Assembly (NCBI GenBank): GCA_010909165.1
Contig: MU008182.1
Span: forward strand, 806,001 to 870,000
From: Anthoceros angustus
Lineage: Eukaryota > Plantae > Anthocerotophyta
Reading direction: 5' to 3'
DNA length: 64,000 bases
The translations under genes and the position numbers were made by a program. Shown here one piece after another: positions 12,256-23,310 of the stretch. Under the pieces are notes generated by a model. That model searched no databases. It was given only the letters and a program-made list of their open reading frames with translations, and was not told the DNA's origin. Within the stretch, counting starts at the first letter, position 1. Every line of letters begins with the position of its first letter.

Positions 12256-12918
12256 CTTGCAGGAGTGCTTATGGGTGTGGCCCTATGTCCTCAGTTGTCC
12301 TACAGTATGATGATAGGGAGGGTTAGCACATCTGGTTTTTCAAACAACAGGTGGATACAACAGCAGGTGGATGAAGCTCAACGCAGTTCTAATCACCTGG
12401 TTGCTGCCCTCTGTTGCCCTCATCCACTCTTGCTCCCTTTTTAGCTGCTGGAGGAGTTTTTCCGCCTCTAGCAGTGGCTTTAATAGCTCGTCTCCGTCAC
12501 TCACGTTTTCTGGCTGGACCGAATGCCCAACCTTTGCAGTGAACGGCTTGCTCCAGTAGAGACTCACATTTAGGCAGACCTTCCATCCTCCAAGGCTGAT
12601 GCTCGTGCCCAGCAGATGGCGCTCTTCCCAATCCTCTGCCTTCTGCTTCCCTGTTTTCTTTTTCTTTGTTCCCTTCACCTTTCCACCTGCGTTTACAGCT
12701 TTGGCTTTGCTTCTAGACTTCATTGTGGAAACTAGGATCAGAAACCCTAGCACACAGGCATAAGCGAGAGACAGGAGCGCAGCTATGATTGAAGCAACGT
12801 TTGTAGTCATGACCGCGAGCTGGCGTACTCAATGTTGGTAGCTCGAGCGTAAATGCTTACGCTCGACTGGCTGCTCCTTGTGACCGTCGTGATTTCCTCT
12901 CCTAAGCTCGTGCAGCTT

Positions 12919-13133
12919 AAGGGAGGGTGTTAGAGCATAAGCTGCCCTCGCTTAGGGTTTAAGCTAGTTACGTTATGCTTAGTTAGTTAGTCCAAAGGTC
13001 ACATAATGAAGGGACACATATAACATGCATATAAGGCATACACTCAAACAATTTTATTACTATTACTCAATCCTGACAATTACAGTTTACATTTTTCCTC
13101 TGCTGTGTTTTCTGTCCATGGTTTAATTTAACA
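12919..13133 (+). repeat. PPT (AAGGGAGGG, 12919-12927) and 3' LTR (12928-13133, 206 bp)
   Basis: Polypurine tract directly followed by TGTTA...TAACA terminal inverted repeats. Confidence 0.75.
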
Positions 13134-13256
13134 CCTTGCATCAAAGGTGCTTGATTTTGCCGCATTTCGGCACTTTTTTGCCTTCATCGATCTGCTGAGC
13201 TGCAAGCAGCTGTATTTGCAGCTCCATGCAGATTTAACACCTCGAGCACAACCAAG

Positions 13257-14794
13257 ATGGCTATGTGGAGCGAAAGAGAGGAGGGGACGCTTGAGGAGGT
13301 GCAATTGGAGGATGACGGCTGCAGATATGGGAGCGAGGAGGAGACCGGGGGTCTGCCTCCCTTGGAGGAAGACTTAGAGGATGGGTTGCCTTCCTTGGAG
13401 CAAGTCCAGGCGAAGGAGGACTTGAGAATGCAGCATCGTTTCCTCCCATTATGGCACCGCCGCATGGCCGCTGCCGAGGGGGAGCCCGCCGATTCCACGG
13501 TCATGGACCAAGAATCAGAGGTTTTGAAGCGTTTGAACGGGGTTATGTTATCAGAAGCATTGAAAGAGTTGCACTCCTCCACGGGAAGGACAAGGTCTCA
13601 CCAATCAAGGTGGAGGTCACGATCACGGTACCGGCTGGGGAATGTTTGGATGAGGAAGAGAGGATGACAAGGATGCATTTGTTAAACGCGTTCATGAGGT
13701 GGTCATCATATGGATGAAAATGGGGCACAGTTGGAGAGCACAAGACGTGCAATTGCGGACTCGGCTGATGGACTTGGTGGCAGGGGAGTTTCCTCACATC
13801 AAGAACTTGGATTTCATACGGAAGAAATTTTTTGCTTGCCTGCGCTCGCGCAACTATTTTGTAAGGACACGGGTCAAGGAGGCAGCAAAGCAGGTAAGGA
13901 ATAAGGGCGATTACGAGAGACACCTGCGGCCTGGGAATGTGGTTTTCTCAGAGTGGAGTAAGGCAATGGAGGCTGGAGTGCAAGAGCTAGCTCGAGGGAA
14001 AGGGGTGTGGCTAGTGCCCCAACAGAAGAAGGCTGTGGATGCTCGACGTGTGAAGCACGGCACAACAGGTACTAATCCATTCGGGCGCCGAGGCGCGAAG
14101 GGCCATCCGAATGGCATTTGTGGCGAAGTGGGGGAGGATGCCATCGAAGTAGGGGGCTCGGTGGGCTGTGATGCACTCCGTAAATGACAATAATGGAGGA
14201 TTTTTGGAATGTGCAGGTCACGGCAGATGTTGGTGCAGGCAAGCGGAAAATCTTTTGTCTGTTCATGTGGACAATATTGGACATGGCGCAGTCGTTTCAG
14301 TAAGTGCCTTGTGATGTCACTTACCTACTATGTGTGGCTTGGCAGCATCCAAGGATGTGGTAGTGCAAGTTCCTGGGACAGAGGTAAATGGGAACGACAG
14401 TCCGGGCCCATGCAATGTGGATTGTGTGCTCTCCTCGCAGCTGGAACCAATGGTAGAGCCTTTTGGTCTGGTAGTGGGGAAGAGACGCAGGATATCGTCA
14501 GTCAGAATCAGCGAGGTCAGCTATTGGATGATAATATGTACATGTGTGCTGCAGGCAGGTACATTTGTTTTCAATGCAGGGGAGGTTGCAGGCATCCGGG
14601 ATCGCTGGTGCGGAGGAACTTGGCAAACGCAGCTAGGCATCATCAAAGCCAAGAGCCCGGCAGCAGCCGGATTCACAAAGCAAGAAGAGGCCAGCCCAGA
14701 CCGTGAGCGATGGAACAAGCTGCAAAGAGAAGCGGGCAAAGAGGGATGTCCATCCCATTCCAAGGTCGCGCTACAAGTAGAGCGAGTTTTTTGA
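13257..14794 (+). pseudogene. Broken CACTA-associated ORF(s), TnpA/Transposase_24-like by recollection
   Basis: Frameshifted ORFs inside the CACTA. The segment KKAVDARRVKHGTTGTNPFGRRGAKG resembles the basic motif of plant En/Spm Transposase_24 proteins. Not verified by search. Confidence 0.4.
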
Positions 14795-15526
14795 TACACA
14801 TGGACCCATTTCGGGCTGTTGGAAAATTTAGAGGGCCCCGGTTATGTGGAATTTTGGGGCATTTTTTTTGCCGCGATTCTGTGGTGCTAAGTACAGTGCC
14901 CAAACTTCATTAGTGTAGGACCAGACCATGGATTTTCTCTTTTCAAACTGAATGGAAAGGAAGCATAAGTGCCATGCTCACTGACCGAGCCCGGCGCATG
15001 TGAAACTTCTGTGATTAATCGAATCTACAAACCCGACTCGACCGGAGCGTGCTATGCAAGCCCCGATTGCATGAGGGTACGACGAATGTGGGAAACTAAA
15101 AATGAACCTTGAACTAACGTTCCCACGCTTTCTAACCATGTACGGGTGAGCCCGTGGTCGGGGACACATGGAGCCGCTCCATTGTGTGAGTAAAGCGCAC
15201 GACGAAAACGTGTAAAGGGGGTGGTCAGGGCTTTTCTCCAACGCACGCCGCCCTCCTCCGAGTTGATGCGGTGGGGTCGCCGCGGCCGCCACCCATCCGG
15301 GGACGGAGCCCACCACCGGGTCCAAGGCGGATGGGTATTGAAAGCACGGACCACGGGTTAAGGCGTTCGGGCGAGGAAGGGTTCTTGTGTCATTCCCCGC
15401 GAGTCTCATGTTCTCACTAAGACGTGCGAATGATACCGAAAACTACCAGAGCACACATATCCTGCCTCGAATTCATCAATTAGGCGTGAATAAATACGTG
15501 TTAAGTGGGAATGTATTGTTGTAGTG

Positions 15527-16023
15527 ATGTCAGGGGAGTTCCTTCTGCAATGAGTCAATAGCAAGAGTAAGAATCATCCTCCAGAACATGCGATCACAAA
15601 CTAGAATTCATCGGCATTATTTTCTCCAAGGCGTGTCCGATCCTAGAGTCGGCCATGCACAGCGGAGCAGAAGCATCATGCGCTCGATGCGTTGGATAGC
15701 AACTAGAGGGAACCATGCTCTCTTGCTACTCGCTCAATTCAAACAAAAAATCCTCTCGTCAACCCATTCAGAATCCCGTTCCTCTTGTCTTATCCACTAC
15801 TAGTCAGCCGTGCACTCAAAATTCCGGACAGTCTCTAAGCTTGCGTGATTGCCAATCGAGGCAGATCAGATCAGTCGACGAAACCCGAATCATGCACTTC
15901 TGTTCAATTTCATCCAAGCAGGGCAAAGGTGAGCACACCTTGGGACTTGCTTTTACAAAGGACAGGTTGCTGAAACTTCTCAAACGGCATGGAGATCAAC
16001 CGCAACTGGATGTCCCTAAGCGG
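15527..16023 (-). pseudogene. HMA5 pseudogene, segment C (5' UTR/upstream region copy)
   Basis: Matches ~31724-32290 (TTCCTTCTGCAA..GCAAGAGTAAGAATCATCCTCCAGAACA; TTATCCACTAC; CAGATCAGATCAG; TCAACCGCAACT). Confidence 0.85.
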
Positions 16024-16569
16024 TTGGCGTCCTACCCGCAAGACTCTAGTATGGGTAGAAAGGGCTTTTTTTGGTAATCCTTTTTTGCATATGGACTTCC
16101 CCGTTGAAAAATCTGTACTGAAAATGGCCATTTTGAGGACATTGGGACAAAAATATCTTTGTTGACCTGATGCTCTTGATCCATGTGCAGTGCGAGAATG
16201 AGATTGGTATGATCTACACTTGGAGCTAGGCCCATGCCAAACGTCTCAAGATTCAAAAGATGGAAAAGGTTCTTACTACTAGTTCAAAGTTTTGATCATT
16301 AGAAAAAAGATGAGGGCTAAACCAAGATGAGGAGATATTCAGATTAGCGAGGTGGACAAAAAGGATTTGAAAACGGTGAAAAAACCCTTTAAAACAACAA
16401 AAATACTGGAAAAGCGCAAAAATGCCAAAATTTTAGGGCAAGTGCGCGCACTTGACGCCAAAGATCGCATTTTTTTTTGAGTTTTTTTTGTATTATTTTG
16501 AATTTTTTGCTCATTTTGGCTAGGATTGAACCTTCTGGGAATGCGCTAAGGTCCACCATGAACCCATAC

Positions 16570-16852
16570 GCGCCTTCTTGACCCCAGGTGTGCGCACCAG
16601 GGCCCCCTTACCTCCAGGTGCGCGCACAAGTGTGCGGACTAGGAACTTCTTGCCCCTAGGTTGTACGCGCAATACGGACTTCTTGCCCCGAGGTTTTGTG
16701 CGCATTAGGGACTTCTTGCCCCTAGGTTGTGCACACACTAGAGACTTCTTGCCCCGAGGTTGTGCGCGCACTAGAGATTTCTTGCCCCCAGGCACGCGCA
16801 CCAGGGACTTCTTGCCCCCAGATGCGTGCATCAAGGACTTCTTGCCCCCGGT
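16570..16852. repeat. 33/30 bp minisatellite with core ACTTCTTGCCCC
   Basis: Core at 16645, 16678, 16711, 16744, 16777, 16807 and 16837. Confidence 0.9.
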
Positions 16853-17672
16853 TTGCCAACCTGGCTCATTGTGTGCAAACAAGCTTGCAAACTGCCAAGT
16901 TGAGGGCGCAAACTTGTTTGCGCACTCATCTCATTCCTTCCGTTTTCTAATAGAAATGCTTGCATGGCATGAACGGTAGACATGCAGAAATAGCGTGTAA
17001 CTGACGATTCTGATTATCTTACCCCTTCAAAATCGCGGTGCCCATCCATAGATTAGGCACATTATGATCAAATGAGCATGTAGGGTGTAGCACTGCGGGT
17101 TCAAACACCACATTTAAATTAGCAAACACCCTCAAAAAAAGCCTAAAAAATACCGAATACGTGTTTTCGCCCAAAAAAAGACGGGATTTTAGCCATAACC
17201 CCTTTTTGCCGGAGAAACCTCTTTCTACCTAGACAATGTTTAGATATAACCCGCGGGACCATATCCATGATCCTCTATGTGGGTCCAAATGGCTTAGACC
17301 AAATGATTTTTTCTATCGCGTTCCTTTACCAACTCCTCCTCGGCTGCCTTCTCGTCGTTCCTGTAGCTGCGGCTTTGTCCTTGATGCATCTGTGTTGCAT
17401 ATGGATCGTTGTCCTACAAGGGGCAGTGTATCACCACCTACCATACCATGAGGGATGTCATATCTGGAATTGTCAGAAATGCAAATATTTGGCCTAGAAA
17501 TAGCGATCGTATGGTTGCGAACATGTCGTTCTCTGAGGCCAGATTTATTCTGAGTTCAAGGTGATGAGGTTACATAAGCGACTATCGTACAAGTCATTTT
17601 TTGAAGGCAAATCTATTCTTAGTTCAAGGTGATGTTGTTGCTGTTAGAGACCTTACCTGAGACATTGCCATA

Positions 17673-17820
17673 GAGCATATCATTGTTAAGTCATCCGAGG
17701 CAATGGAGCATATCATTGTTAAGTCATCTGAGGCAATGGAGCATATCATTGTTAAGTCATCCGAGGCAATGGAGCATATCATTGTTAAGTCATATGAGGC
17801 AATGGAGCATATCATTGTTA
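17673..17820. repeat. 33 bp minisatellite GAGCATATCATTGTTAAGTCATCCGAGGCAATG, about 4.5 copies
   Basis: Direct copies at 33 bp spacing from 17673. Confidence 0.9.
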
Positions 17821-18809
17821 ATTCGCTCGAATAGGCAGCACGGACCTTACCCGAGACATTATCATGGAGCATATCATTGTCGAGTTGCCCGAGTAGGCAA
17901 CACGGTGGGCAACCATCTTATGCCTTTCCGTCTATACCTACTGCAATTTACGGAACCCTCCAAAGGTTTCCTTTTCATACTCGATGTAGATAAGATCATT
18001 CATTAATGTCTATAACACAAAATATCCACTCATCTAAGGAACTGCTTAGAAGATTTAATTATATTAGAAAATATTACACAAAAATAAGTATCAAATTTTT
18101 GTAAGCCATAATTCTTAAAAAATACTTAATTACAACAAGAAAAACCGCTAGTAGAATGAGGAATCTAAGGACCCTAATGCATAGGTGGGTTCCAACCAAA
18201 GTTATGGAGGTTAGGAAGGGCACAATTTGTTTTTGTGCTAAAACAGGTCAAATTAATAGCAACAACGTGTTGAAATGATTACATATGAAGAAAATCAAAA
18301 TTCCATCAAATTTGGTGGGGTCTCGGTACAGAAGTCTTCCTCCGTACTGGCTTCCAATAACTTCTAGGCCCTACGTACAAATTTTTCTTTGTAACTTAAC
18401 CCCAGAACCATGCCCATTTTTGGACTATTTTTAAACAATTAATTTAGAAAAATTAATTTTTAGTTATTTTTAATTTTTAAAATTCAAAAAATTATAACCA
18501 AGGCTCTCTAGCCAAATCTATATCCAACGATCTAAAACATGCTTGAATCTAATAACAATTGAAGAAGCTATGATGATAGAAATGGAAGAAGAAGAAAAAG
18601 AAGAATTTTATTTAAGTCCACTAAAGACGGATTTCCGTCATGGGACTTGGTACTTAACAACTTGTACCATGGTGTGCCTAAGCTACTTGCACTAAGGGCA
18701 TCCACTCTCTTTAGGCACCCCATCTAAGTACGGATCTAAGTGCAGAATGCTTAATCACGACGTTCTTATAAATGTGTGTCCATTTGTATGAGTTTCTTAC
18801 GATCAAGCG

Positions 18810-18925
18810 TCTCAACTTGAATACCTCCATCTTTTTGGATTTAAGCAAAGGCCGTAGTAGAGTATCTCAACTTGAATACCTTCGTCGTTCTGGAGTTAAG
18901 CAAAGGTTGTAATAGAGTATCAAAC
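18810..18925. repeat. 55 bp tandem repeat, about 2 copies
   Basis: TCTCAACTTGAATACC at 18810 and 18865. Confidence 0.85.
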
Positions 18926-18985
18926 CTGACCCGCTTCCCTATCTCCCTTTATGTGGCAGCTGACACAAGTCCACTGATCTTCCTT

Positions 18986-19150
18986 AGACACTCGGAGACA
19001 TCAAACTGAAAAAGTAACACATGTGTTGGTGTTGGGCCTAAGACACTTGGAGACATCAAACTGAAAAAGTAACACTCGTGTTGGTGTTGGGCCTAAGACA
19101 CTCGAAGACATCAAATTGAAAACGTAATACCCGTGTTGGTGTTGGGGCTA
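18986..19150. repeat. 55 bp tandem repeat, 3 copies
   Basis: AGACACTCGGAGACATCAAACTGAAAAAGTAACAC..TGTTGGTGTTGGGCCTA at 18986, 19041 and 19096. Confidence 0.9.
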
Positions 19151-20141
19151 ACACACGGCGACATACCAATGCGAGTGCACGATGAATAGCCTGCAAGAGG
19201 ACCAAGGCGTCTGCAAGCGGGATGCCGTTGGGAGGCCCGTGATGTAGCAAACTTGAGCACATTGTGAATAAATTGCGCTGCATTCCATGAAGAGTCAACC
19301 TGCGACGCAAAATCCCACTTTCACGCCACCAGAATGGCGTGAACCATATGAATGATAAATATGAACTCACCTTGTTAGAGCCCGGGACATATGATTGATT
19401 GTGATTGAGTTCTTTCTTTCAGGTCCATGCATCAATCCTTTGTGGATTCCTGACATAGCTCTGCACTTCATTATTCTTCTCCCAAGACCAAAATGAAATC
19501 GGAGGAAATATTAAAATATAAAAGGGTAAAATTAATAAAATATTTAAAAATTAAAAGATAATTAACTATTATGATTTTCTTAATATTAAAAAGTATTTTT
19601 ACAATTTATGAGTTTTAATCTTAAGACAAGTTTTCATGTCAAAATTGGTAAAAATACAAGGTTTTGATTCCGACTTCCGAGCCCATACTTGGATACAAGT
19701 TCTTGTTCGTATATGGTAGGTAAGCAACCATGGTTCGGTACAGTCAAACCCCTCTACTTGGGACCCTATAAATGGGAACCCCCTTTAAATGGGACGCCCG
19801 GGCTTACTCCCTTGAATGTGCTACATGCTAAATGGGAAACCCCTCTAATTTGTAAATGGGAACATGTCTCCCAGACATTCAATGCAAGTACACCTCTGTA
19901 AAAGGGAAAATACATATTAAAAAAAATAAAAAAAATTGAGGAAATCGTCTTATCGAGATTAAATCATGAGTTATTGAGATTATGTCAAGTTAAAGGCTAT
20001 CGAGATTATATCATAAAACATAGACAGTCATCGAGATTGGGCCTATATATGTAGTAGGGTGGTAGCATGGTTTGGTGGTACACTTTAGTACCATATGGCT
20101 TGGTACACTTGGTTACTTTAAAAAGAATAGAGAGATGTGAG

Positions 20142-20500
20142 CAGGGTGTCATTTTGACCGAGTACTAGCTCGGTCCCCGGACCGCCTTACTACGCCATCT
20201 GACTAGCAGACCGCTTTTTATGCACCCTTGGTCACTAAATATAATAAACCCCTAACATAGCCCATAGATCCATGGTAAGCGTCTTTATGACCATACCAAT
20301 TATAAAATGGGTCCATGTGTCCATAATAAATATAAATCCTTTGATATAAAATTAAGTAATTTATTAATTTTAAACGGACCTTTATGAACCTCGGTCCCTA
20401 TCTTTGGGACCGAGGTGTGGACTGACTCAAGAACCTCCGGTCCATGTTATTTTTAACACATGCCGACCGGGACCGAGCTTTTGAGGTCAAAATGACACCT
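20142..20500. mobile_element. hAT-like MITE, about 360 bp
   Basis: TIRs CAGGGTGTCATTTTGACC...AGCTCGGTCCC and GGGACCGAGCT...GGTCAAAATGACACCT. 8 bp TSD GATGTGAG at 20134-20141 and 20501-20508. The right end lacks its terminal G. Confidence 0.85.
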
Positions 20501-21002
20501 GATGTGAGAGGGTGACTTTAAGTTTTCATTAAAATAATATTTCAATATATGTTAGTTTCACTTTTATATACTTTTACGTTTGCTATTATTTACTTTAACT
20601 TACTTTTACTTTTACTCAGATCTGCTTTTATCCGGTGGTAAGTCAACCGCCTTACCTTCTGGCGTGGCACTCTCGCTATTGCCATCATGGCTCTAGTTGA
20701 GTTGATCCTTCGCCCGCCTCGAGATCTGATGCACCCTCTCGTGACTTGCTCGCCCACATCCGCCGACCGACACACCATGGGCTCAAAAGTTTGCGTGCTC
20801 GAGCTCGTTGTTGTAATCAACCCTTTGTGCCGCATTGTGAGCTATGTGGGGCTTCTTATAGGAGCCCTCCCTTCCTTCGTAACGCTGCCCCACATGCAAG
20901 ATCGAGCCGCGGCCGGAATCAGCAGCTTTTGTTTGTGCGATTTTGAAGGTAATGTGCCTTGTGTGTGGCAATCAGTGTTTTGCGGCTTCTGAGGCTTGCT
21001 TT

Positions 21003-23310
21003 ACGCTCTTGTGTGCACATGTGCAGGGTCTGGGGCTGTGAGATGCTGTGCGCGTGAGGGTGCTGGCCTTGGAGTGGGTGCCGACGTGCGGCTTCTCATT
21101 GTCTGTGGTGTCAACTTGAAGAACTTGAGCCGCTTAACGGTCTTGTGTGGACATGTGCATGCTCTAGGGCGTGAGGTCGCTGGGCGTGTGAGGGTGCTCC
21201 GATGGGTGCGAGTGCGGCTCCTTTGATCATTCCTTGTGTTCAATGTCACGTGAAGGACTTGAGCCTAATGCTCTTGTGTGTGCACATGTGGTCCGGGCCG
21301 TGAGATGCCGAGCGTGAGGGTGCTGGCCTTGGAGTGGGTGGGCGTGCGGCTTCTCATTGTCTGTGGTGTCATTTTGAAGAACTTGAGCCGCGGTCTTGTG
21401 TGGACATGTGCATGCTCTAGGGCGTGAGGTCTTTGGGCGTGTGAGGGTGCTCCATCATGCTGCGGCTCCTTTGATCATTCCGTGTGTTCAATGTCACGTG
21501 AAGGACTTGAGCCTGAATAATGCTCTTGTGTGCACATGTGCGAGGGAGGTGAGATCTTTGTCTTGGCGTGAGGTCTTGGCCTTGGAGTGGGTGTGGCGTG
21601 CGGCTTCTCATTGTCTGGTGTCATCAAGAACTTGAGCCGCGGTCTTGTGTGGACATGTGCATGCTCTAGGTGAGGTCTTTGGGCGTGTGAGGGTGCTCTA
21701 GTGGGTGCCGAGGTGCCTTTGATCATTCCGTGTGTTCAATGTCACGGTGAAGGACTTGAGCTGTAATGCTCTTGTGTGCACATGCGTGGATCCGGGCCGT
21801 GAGATGTTGTGCGCGTGAGGTCTTGGCCTTGGAGTGGGTGGGCGTGCGGCTTCTCCTTGTCTATGGTGTCCTCAAGAACTTGAGCCGCTTAACGGTCTTG
21901 TGGACATGTGCATGCTCTAGGTGTGAGGCCGGGCGTGTGAGGGTGCTCCGGTGTGCAGCCTTTGATCATTCCGTGTTCAATGTCACAGAAGGACTTGAGC
22001 CCCGAGTAATGCTCTTGTGTGTGCACATGCGTGGATCCGGGCCGTGAGATGTTGTGCGCGTGAGGGTGCTGGCCTTGAGTGGTGCCGACGGCGGCTTCTC
22101 ATTGTCTGTGGTGTCATCAAGAACTTGAGCCGCTTAACGGTCTTGTGGACATGTGCATGCTCTAGGGCCGTGAGGGTGCTCTAGTGGGTGCCGAGGTGCG
22201 CCTTTGATCATTCCTTGTGTGCAATGTTACGTTGAAGGACTTGAGCCTCGTAATGCTCTTGTGTGCACATGTGCGTGGTCCGGGCCGTGAGATGTTGTCT
22301 TGGCGTGAGGTCTTGGCCTTGGAGTGGGTGCCGACGTGCGGCTTCTCATTGTCTGTGGTGTCACTGAAGAACTTGAGCCGGCTTAACGGTCTTGTGTGGA
22401 CATGTGCATGCTCTAGGGCTGTGAGGTGCTGGGCGTGTGAGGGTGCTCCAGTGGGTGCCGAGGTGCAGCTCCTTTGATCATTCCTTGTGTTCAATGTCAC
22501 AGTGAAGGACTTGAGCCTGAGTAATGCTCTTGTGTGCACATGTGCAGGGTCTGGGGCTGTGAGATGTTGTGCGCGTGAGGGTGCTGGCCTTGGAGTGGGT
22601 GCCGACGTGCGGCTTCTCCTTGTCTGTGGTGTCACTGAAGAACTTGAGCCGGCTATTGTGGACATGTGCATGCTCTAGGTGTGAGGCCGGGCGTGTGAGG
22701 GTGCTCCGGTGTGCAGCCTTTGATCATTCCGTGTTCAATGTCACAGAAGGACTTGAGCCCCGAGTAATGCTCTTGTGTGTGCACATGCGTGGATCCGGGC
22801 CGTGAGATGTTGTGCGCGTGAGGGTGCTGGCCTTGAGTGGTGCCGACGGCGGCTTCTCATTGTCTGTGGTGTCATCAAGAACTTGAGCCGCTTAACGGTC
22901 TTGTGGACATGTGCATGCTCTAGGGCCGTGAGGGTGCTCTAGTGGGTGCCGAGGTGCTCCTTTGATCATTCCTTGTGTGCAATGTTACGTTGAAGGACTT
23001 GAGCCTGAATAATGCTCTTGTGCACATGTGCACATGTGTGCTAGGCTTGTGAGGTGGTGGCATTGTGATTTTGTTGGAGTGGTGCCGATGCGGCTTCTCC
23101 TTGTGTCTTGATCTTTGGTGAAGAACTTGAGCCATGGCGTCTTGTGTGCACATGTGCGTGTTCTGGGCCGTGAGGCCGGGCGGTGAGGGTGCCGGCCTTG
23201 AGTGGTGCCGAGGTGCAGCCTTTGATCATTCCTTGTGTGTGCCGTCAAGAACTTGAGCTGCTTAATGCAAATGTGTGCACATGTGTATCTGAGTGGTGCC
23301 GAGGTGCTCA
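21003..23310. repeat. Satellite-like array of about 9 units of 243-271 bp, each made of two related ~125 bp subunits
   Basis: GCTCTTGTGTGCACATG recurs near 21006, 21270, 21522, 21768, 22011, 22256, 22527, 22770 and 23016. Both subunits end in GAA(G/A)GAACTTGAGCC-like motifs. Confidence 0.95.

Larger units (their letters stand above)
7732..13133 (+). mobile_element. Defective Ty1/Copia LTR retrotransposon (possibly chimeric) nested in the CACTA
   Basis: Order gag - integrase - RT - RNase H. PBS at 7979, PPT at 12919, LTR-like blocks at both ends. Internal stops and frameshifts. Confidence 0.85.
6101..15526. mobile_element. CACTA (En/Spm) element, 9426 bp including nested insertions, apparently non-autonomous
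   Basis: Left TIR CACTACAACAAT at 6101-6112 and right TIR ATTGTTGTAGTG at 15515-15526 (perfect 12 bp). 3 bp TSD ATG at 6098-6100 and 15527-15529. Joined flanks AAACTTCATGTCAGGGG match the intact-gene site AAAATTCACGTCAGGG (~31716-31730). No TnpD DDE ORF visible. Confidence 0.92.

Noticed and set aside
16053-17230. Possible Mutator-like element (GGGTAGAAAGGG ... CTCTTTCTACCT, 10/12 inverted match)
   Set aside because: No 8-10 bp TSD, and the inverted match does not extend.
21003-23310. CRISPR-like or repeat-spacer reading of the arrays (also 16570-16852, 17673-17820, 18986-19150)
   Set aside because: Units are contiguous tandem copies with no unique spacers, there are no cas genes, and the context is eukaryotic.
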